Part shown: piece by piece, positions 26,671-32,000 of the stretch
Numbering within the stretch: the stretch's first letter is position 1
How the letters are laid out: every line of letters starts with the position of its first letter
DNA from: an uncultured bacterium
GTDB taxonomy: Bacteria > Patescibacteriota > Gracilibacteria > UBA1369 > PNNO01
Direction: 5' to 3'
Length of the DNA: 32,000 nt
Assembly: GCA_963704705.1 (NCBI GenBank)
Contig: OY969931.1
Coordinates: 960,001-992,000, forward strand
Made by a program: the position numbers and the translations under genes
The notes under the pieces: generated by a model
Told to the model about the DNA's origin: nothing
Databases searched by the model: none
What the model saw: the letters and a program-made list of their open reading frames with translations, nothing else

Positions 26671-27593
26671 TAATCAGGCGGGTAATTCATTGATCCCGGT
26701 GTAATCGAATCAGTATCAATTGAAATACTACTTAATTCATTATCATTTACATCAACTATCTTTAAAGTGTTAGTAAGAATTATAGCTTGGGCCTGTATTA
26801 AATTATAATATCCAAAATTGCCATAATCACGAGTGTCATTTACTATTGCAAAATAAGCATCGGAATTACCTTTTATTTCCAATCCACTTTTATTTGTTAA
26901 TTCCTGCTCTGTGTAATTTGCTTCGCCTGCAACCATATTTGAATCCTGACCAACTGTTGTCCAATTAATAAAATTCCCGTTGCTATCATAATTAAGTCTT
27001 ACAAGTCTTCCGCCGTTAGATGCTAAATGATTACAGTAGCCATATGTTCCATGACAGCCATAATCATTAAAATTATCAGTAGTATTAAACGATTTCAAAT
27101 ATGCAGACATTGTGCCGGCATTTCTTAATCTAAAAATCAAAACAACCTCATCTGCATCATAATTAACATCTCCATAAATACTCGGATGATGAGAATCCAA
27201 ACGTTCAAGATAAGCAAATGAAATTTTAGGAGGTGTTAGTACAGTCATTTCTTGTTTTAAAGGTGCAATCTCCAAAGGTTTCGGTTCTTCTTCTGATTTG
27301 GTTTCAGCATCCATTAAAATTGGCTCTTCTTTAATATCAACAATAGATGATTCTTTTATTGATGTGTCAGCGATGCTTTCTGTTGTTGAGGTTGTTGTTG
27401 AAACATCTTTTGTAGTACTAGTAGTACTGATAGTCGGACTTAGAAACCCTTTGAATAAAGGTGGTTCAACTAGAGTTGTTGAAACAATAAGACCAATTAC
27501 AACAACACCTATAATTGAAGAAATAATGATTATCTTTTTTTTTGGATTTTTATTTTTATTAAACGGATCCGGGGTTTTAAGAGAATTTTTCAT
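26667..27593 (-). CDS. Predicted membrane-anchored surface protein with Thr/Ser-rich linker
   Basis: 308 aa. One N-terminal TM (IIIISSIIGVVVIGLIVSTTLV), STTSTTKDVSTTTSTTES linker, then a soluble domain with no recognised family. Confidence 0.7.
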   Translation of the reverse strand: MKNSLKTPDPFNKNKNPKKKIIIISSIIGVVVIGLIVSTTLVEPPLFKGFLSPTISTTSTTKDVSTTTSTTESIADTSIKESSIVDIKEEPILMDAETKSEEEPKPLEIAPLKQEMTVLTPPKISFAYLERLDSHHPSIYGDVNYDADEVVLIFRLRNAGTMSAYLKSFNTTDNFNDYGCHGTYGYCNHLASNGGRLVRLNYDSNGNFINWTTVGQDSNMVAGEANYTEQELTNKSGLEIKGNSDAYFAIVNDTRDYGNFGYYNLIQAQAIILTNTLKIVDVNDNELSSISIDTDSITPGSMNYPPDY

Positions 27594-27664
27594 ATAGATA
27601 ATATTAATAAAATTTAATTATAATTAATTATTTTAAATTTAAAAAAAATTGATTTTCATTCTTA

Positions 27665-27850
27665 CTACTTTTCTTTACACCAAAGTGGGTGAAGTAGCAT
27701 TTTGATACCCATTAAAATCAAAAATAGAGGCCACCATGTTAAAAATGTAAACTCAATTACTCCCAGTGTCCCAAGCAAAAAAAGTATACCCAAAACAAGG
27801 AGCACTAGTCCTTTGAACCAAAAGGATTGGTGGTTATGATGCATTTTCAT
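27665..27850 (-). CDS. Small two-TM membrane protein (LiaF/DUF5668-like TM region)
   Basis: 61 aa. FKGLVLLVLGILFLLGTLGVIEF..WWPLFLILMGIKMLL. Confidence 0.6.
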   Translation of the reverse strand: MKMHHNHQSFWFKGLVLLVLGILFLLGTLGVIEFTFLTWWPLFLILMGIKMLLHPLWCKEK

Positions 27851-27961
27851 AGTTTAAATGTTAAATTATCAACTTTTATTGTAGCACTTTTCTATTTTGT
27901 AAACAAAAATTATTAATTAAAAAAACGACTTATAAAAATCGTGGTTTTATTTGGCTCTGAT

Positions 27962-28813
27962 TTATTGCTCTAAAGTATTTTTAAGTACATCATTAATGAT
28001 TCGTCTTAATGCTCTTGCTAAGCCCTGAATATACTTTGGATTTGGTGTACCTTTTTTATCAACAAAAAATTGCCTTTGCAGTTCAAACTGAAGTGATCGT
28101 GGAATTCCGTATTTCCAATTGCCCGTATCTCTTGCTTTTTGTATATTTGGGCCTCCTCGCATAAATTCTCCACAAGTAACAACCAAAGAATCTTTATCTC
28201 TTTGTAAATAATCTTCAAAATAATTACCCATATGTTTTCGAACTGATTCAATTACTCCGGAAATCTCTTCTGCAGGAAAAGTCACACCCTCTGGATCAAC
28301 TGCAATATGCGGAGTTTTAAATTCACATCGATTTGCTATATCAAAATCAGTAATTTCATCCATTCTTTTTCTTTCTCCGGGATAATAAGCATTCAAATAT
28401 GCAATCCTTTCATTTGTATTATGTAAATCAAGATGAAATCTTAAAGGTTCTTTAGTTAAACCTGATAAAAATCTTTGATGCCAAGGTCTATGATATTTTT
28501 CAATATATAAATTCTTTTCTTCAGGAGTTAATTCTTGCCCCTTTTTATATATTTTTCTTTTTCTGAAATCCCTCTCACGGCAAACCCCAATAGGTCGTGT
28601 ATCATTTTCATCTCTATTTAAATCGACAACAAGCCTGCTGACTTCTGCACCAATTATCTGAACATCTGTATCTTTAAAAGCATGTGCTGCAATTTCATAA
28701 GTTCCAACGTCATATGCATCTCGTACCTTTTCATGTGTAAGCTGAAACCTTGTACAAAGTTCTTTAGGTACAAAATCTGACGAATGCGGGGTTGTGATTA
28801 ATACATTTGGCAT
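27962..28813 (-). CDS. N-formylglutamate amidohydrolase-like family protein
   Basis: MPNVLITTPHSSDFVPKE, ADVSRLVVDLNRDE-like segment (AEVSRLVVDLNRDEND), FHLDLHNT, GGPNIQKARDTG. The ORF-track Met at 28882 adds an unlikely 23-aa extension; ATG at 28813 is preferred. Confidence 0.72.
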   Translation of the reverse strand: MPNVLITTPHSSDFVPKELCTRFQLTHEKVRDAYDVGTYEIAAHAFKDTDVQIIGAEVSRLVVDLNRDENDTRPIGVCRERDFRKRKIYKKGQELTPEEKNLYIEKYHRPWHQRFLSGLTKEPLRFHLDLHNTNERIAYLNAYYPGERKRMDEITDFDIANRCEFKTPHIAVDPEGVTFPAEEISGVIESVRKHMGNYFEDYLQRDKDSLVVTCGEFMRGGPNIQKARDTGNWKYGIPRSLQFELQRQFFVDKKGTPNPKYIQGLARALRRIINDVLKNTLEQ

Positions 28814-28969
28814 ATTACAAATATTCAAGTATACAAAAATAACACATTTGATAGAATGTGTCAATGTTAGACTTCTCAACACGTCACTATGAGTACTTGC
28901 TAGTCGGGTTCAGTACGTTCACGGCGCCATCAAGTAAAAACGTTCGAACTAAGAATATTATGCGCATGA

Positions 28970-29623
28970 TTATTCAAGTTCTGCCCAGACCTCTAATCTA
29001 TTCATAAAAGGCGGAGTCCATGGTGGGTTATATCCTGCTGATGAAATTTTTCCGTAAACTAAGCCATCTCTTTCCAAGTATTTTTTTAATTCAGCCTTTT
29101 TTTGTTCAAACTTTTCATCTGAATAAAATCCGCTAAATTTTAACACAGCAATTTTCTTACCTTTCACTTCTTTAATTTTAACTCTTGAATCTGTTGGTTC
29201 TGGTAAAGTTTCTAAAGTATATTTAGAGGGAAGTACAAAATATAGAGTTTGGATTTCATCATTTTCTTCAGTAACAACAGGCGCAGTCATAGCTATCTTT
29301 TCTTTTTCTTCAGTAACAACCGGTGTAGTCATTGCAATTTTCTCTTTTGGTTTATTCTCACCAAAAATATAACCAGCCACAATTGAAAATCCATTATTAG
29401 TTGCTGTTTCAAAACCTCCTTTTACCTGAGTTTCAGCTACTAAATGAGTTTCAAGCTGCCTAATTTCATATTCTTTACTTGAATCTAGAACTGTATATTT
29501 AAGTTGCTCTACACGACTACCAAAATAACCATATGCAATCCAAATTAAGAACAAAACCACTAAAATGATTGGAATTATAATTAAATAATTATGCATTTTT
29601 TTCTTCTTTTTATAAATTTTCAT
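28970..29623 (-). CDS. SOUL heme-binding family protein with N-terminal TM anchor
   Basis: 217 aa. YEIRQLETHLVAET, GGFETATNNGFSIVAGYIFGENK, EKIAMTTPV, YNPPWTPPFMNRLEVW. Confidence 0.9.
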   Translation of the reverse strand: MKIYKKKKKMHNYLIIIPIILVVLFLIWIAYGYFGSRVEQLKYTVLDSSKEYEIRQLETHLVAETQVKGGFETATNNGFSIVAGYIFGENKPKEKIAMTTPVVTEEKEKIAMTAPVVTEENDEIQTLYFVLPSKYTLETLPEPTDSRVKIKEVKGKKIAVLKFSGFYSDEKFEQKKAELKKYLERDGLVYGKISSAGYNPPWTPPFMNRLEVWAELE

Positions 29624-29674
29624 AATATATATTAAAAAAACAGCTTATTAAATGCCAAGATGTTCTAATTCAAT

Positions 29675-29749
29675 TGGCTCTCGGGGCCGGGCTCGAACCG
29701 GCAACCCTTCGGTTAACAGCCGAATGCTCTACCATTGAGCTACCCGAGA
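29675..29749 (-). tRNA. tRNA-Asn (anticodon GTT), CCA encoded
   Basis: Reverse complement TCTCGGGTAGCTCAATGGTAGAGCATTCGGCTGTTAACCGAAGGGTTGCCGGTTCGAGCCCGGCCCCGAGAGCCA. Acceptor TCTCGGG/CCCGAGA; anticodon loop CTGTTAA. Confidence 0.96.
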
Positions 29750-29806
29750 ACGTTATTTAAAAGAACCGTCTTTAATAAGACAAGAACAACTATAAGTTAA
29801 GATTTA

Positions 29807-30994
29807 CTATTTTTCAACTAATTTTAGCTTAAAAATCTCTCTTCCCACTATTTGTCCTTTACGTGAATATAAAAGAGAACCTCTTTCTGTTGAAAGACCT
29901 TCAAAGCTCTCAATTTCATAATCATTTTCTGATAACATTTTTTTAAAATTTCTCAAAAAATAATTTTTACTTTGTTGTCCGCTATAATAGGGCAAAGCCA
30001 GAACAATATTGCCTCCCTGCCGTATGTTTCCGTTTAATGCTTTTAAAAATCCTGAAATAATTTTTTCAACTTCAGCAAAATTATTATAGATTTCTTTATC
30101 CGAGGGGAATTTAGATTGAGGCGGGCCCAAATAGACTTCCGACACAACAGCACCAGGTAAAATAGCCAGATCAATTGCCTCAATTTTCGTTGCGTCTTTA
30201 ATAAAAAGATCATAATCATAAGTAATTTCAAAATTCTTTTTTAACCATTCAAGATTCGCTTCACTATCCTTGATTGCTTTTTCACTTATATCAGACCCTA
30301 TTGCCTTATAACCCATTAATAACGCCTCCATTAATACTGTGCCGCTTCCGCAAAACGGATCATAAATAGTACAGCCAACTTCCCCTTCACAAGCAAGATT
30401 AATCATCATTTGTGCAAGTTTTGGAGGCAGCATTCCGCTTTTTGAATCACGAGCAGGACGTTCATAATCTCTAATCGAATATTTTTTAAAATTCTGAACA
30501 GCTATTGTATGACCAAGTAGATATCTATTTCCGGAAATCTTAACTATATTCAGATCAGCTTGATTTTTGTCGAGTTTTTCTTCAAAAATCACTACACTTT
30601 TAAGGTTCTCATTTGGCTTATTTAAGAAGCGTGCGCCTCTTCCCTCTTGCTTAAGTCCTTGTTTTAAAAATTTTAGAATATTTTTATGATTTTTTAAGAA
30701 TTCATTGCTAAAATTATACAAATTTAATGCAAAAACCACTTTTTGATTATCATGACTAGTCAAATGCTGTAAAAACTTATTCTCAAGCTTCTGAATACTA
30801 TCCGATTCATCAAAAAATTTAATAATTTTAATTGTTCCGCCTATTATTTCTAAAATTTTCGGCTCCAATTCATTCTCAAATTCCGCAATCCAAATCTCAT
30901 TCCCAATAATTTCACCATCCAAATTAAAAAACGATCTTAACTCGGCAACTGATAATCGCCACTGACGTCCTAATAAAAATCCATACTTATGCAT
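29807..30994 (-). CDS. Trm11-like/UPF0020-family RNA (tRNA guanine-N2) methyltransferase
   Basis: IYDPFCGSGTVLMEALLMGYKAIGSDIS SAM-binding motif; EVYLGPPQ in the catalytic-motif position; start likely MHKYGFLLGRQW at 30994. Confidence 0.75.
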   Translation of the reverse strand: MHKYGFLLGRQWRLSVAELRSFFNLDGEIIGNEIWIAEFENELEPKILEIIGGTIKIIKFFDESDSIQKLENKFLQHLTSHDNQKVVFALNLYNFSNEFLKNHKNILKFLKQGLKQEGRGARFLNKPNENLKSVVIFEEKLDKNQADLNIVKISGNRYLLGHTIAVQNFKKYSIRDYERPARDSKSGMLPPKLAQMMINLACEGEVGCTIYDPFCGSGTVLMEALLMGYKAIGSDISEKAIKDSEANLEWLKKNFEITYDYDLFIKDATKIEAIDLAILPGAVVSEVYLGPPQSKFPSDKEIYNNFAEVEKIISGFLKALNGNIRQGGNIVLALPYYSGQQSKNYFLRNFKKMLSENDYEIESFEGLSTERGSLLYSRKGQIVGREIFKLKLVEK

Positions 30995-31239
30995 ATAAAA
31001 CCGATTACAATTACTAAAAAACAATTAACAACAATTACTATAACAGGTCTTTCAATAATTGCATCCTTAATTTTTGGATATTTTTTCGGATACTTACACC
31101 ATTTATATATATATCGCGATAATATTGAGATGGTTGGAGAAATAAATCATTGCATCAAGGCAAATTAATATAGTAAACTTGTGCACACCAGAGCCGAGCA
31201 ATGCGAGGGTCTAGCGAGCGTAAGCGAACTCATCACCAA

Positions 31240-31740
31240 ATGAATTGCATGAAAAAGCACAAACATATTCTTGTATTACTTGTTGAGAACGAACCAGGCG
31301 TTTTAAATCGTATTAGTTCTCTTATAAGAAGGCGCAGGTTTAATATTGAAAGCATCTCAGCCGGACATACCGAAAAAAAAGGCCTTACGCGCATTACTCT
31401 TGTTGTTAATGCTGAAAATACAAATGTTGAACAGGTAAGGGAGCAGCTTTATAAAATAATTCCTGTTATTAAAATCCGTGATATAACTGAGGAAAATATA
31501 TTTGCAGCTGAAGTTGTACTCGTAAAAGTAAAGGCAGATTCACAAAAACGTGCTGATGTGCAACAAATAGCTGATTTATTTAAAGCAAAAATTATACATG
31601 TTGAAAAAGATATGATAATGATGATGGTAGCGGGCGAAGAAGACAAAGTAAGTTCATTTTTGGATATGATTAAACCCTTTGGTATAGTTGAAATGGTACG
31701 AACAGGTGTAACAGCAATGAATAAGGATAAAACTTTATAA
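31240..31740 (+). CDS. ilvN: Acetolactate synthase small (regulatory) subunit, ACT domain
   Basis: HILVLLVENEPGVLNRISSLIRRRRFNIESISAGHTEKKGLTRITLVV, then the C-terminal region. Start is at 31240 or 31249 rather than 31201. Confidence 0.85.
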   Translation: MNCMKKHKHILVLLVENEPGVLNRISSLIRRRRFNIESISAGHTEKKGLTRITLVVNAENTNVEQVREQLYKIIPVIKIRDITEENIFAAEVVLVKVKADSQKRADVQQIADLFKAKIIHVEKDMIMMMVAGEEDKVSSFLDMIKPFGIVEMVRTGVTAMNKDKTL

Positions 31741-31760
31741 ATAATTAACTTAAAAATACT

Positions 31761-32000
31761 ATGGCAATGTCATTGAATAAGGTTCAGTTAATCGGGAACC
31801 TCACACGCGATCCAGAGATGCGTCAAATTCCTGGAGGACAGGTTGTAGCTTCTTTCGGGCTTGCAACAAACTTATCTTGGACTGACCAATCAGGTCAAAG
31901 ACAAGACAAACCTGAATTTCACAATATTGTAGCATGGAGAAAACTTGCTGAAATTTGCGGACAATATCTAAAAAAAGGCAGTAAATGTTATATCGAAGGA
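31761..32000 (+). CDS. ssb: Single-stranded DNA-binding protein, 5' part (truncated by window end)
   Basis: Not in the ORF track. Translates as [80 protein letters not shown]. Confidence 0.95.
   Translation, partial: MAMSLNKVQLIGNLTRDPEMRQIPGGQVVASFGLATNLSWTDQSGQRQDKPEFHNIVAWRKLAEICGQYLKKGSKCYIEG

Noticed and set aside
28814-28882. N-terminal extension MLRSLTLTHSIKCVIFVYLNICN of the amidohydrolase-like ORF
   Set aside because: The family-like sequence begins at MPNVLITTPHSSDF. The extension reads through probable promoter DNA.
27298-31646. ORFs 27298..27597, 28018..28251, 30043..30231, 31449..31646
   Set aside because: Shadows of the surface protein, amidohydrolase-like, methyltransferase and ilvN genes.
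1-32000. Defence island, prophage, toxin-antitoxin or transposon content
   Set aside because: No integrase, transposase, phage structural, nuclease-defence or TA pair was recognisable. The gene content is metabolic, signalling and housekeeping.

Overview
The window is an ordinary AT-rich bacterial chromosome segment, probably from a candidate-phylum (Patescibacteria/CPR-like) or similar lineage. That placement is inference only. It carries two-component signalling genes, a PLP decarboxylase with a double-GNAT-like partner, a cytochrome b5 / ferric-reductase-like membrane redox pair, gmk, and a 2-Cys peroxiredoxin. It also carries flavodoxin-KorA-KorB, pdxS/pdxT, hemerythrin, an ABC exporter, TspO, an H1-like Lys/Ala protein, and a DEAD-box helicase. 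The rest is a GT4-GH57-GH15 alpha-glucan operon, a SOUL protein, a Trm11-like methyltransferase, ilvN, a 5' fragment of ssb, and two tRNAs (Gln-CTG, Asn-GTT). There is no CRISPR array and no recognisable mobile element. The most interesting object is not protein-coding. It is a ~535-nt plus-strand intergenic region (about 11010-11547) with a near-consensus sigma70 promoter (TTGAAT-N17-TATAAT). Two perfect 8-bp long-range helices nest correctly around several local hairpins, and a candidate loop pseudoknot lies at the 5' end. A 10-bp closed 3' domain ends in AAAATTTTT. G-U wobbles in three helices favour the plus strand, in agreement with the promoter. I see no tmRNA, RNase P or SRP signatures, so this is a candidate undescribed large structured RNA. 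A second unannotated item is a 32-aa Cys-rich microprotein with its own promoter-like and terminator-like signals (20691-20789, minus).
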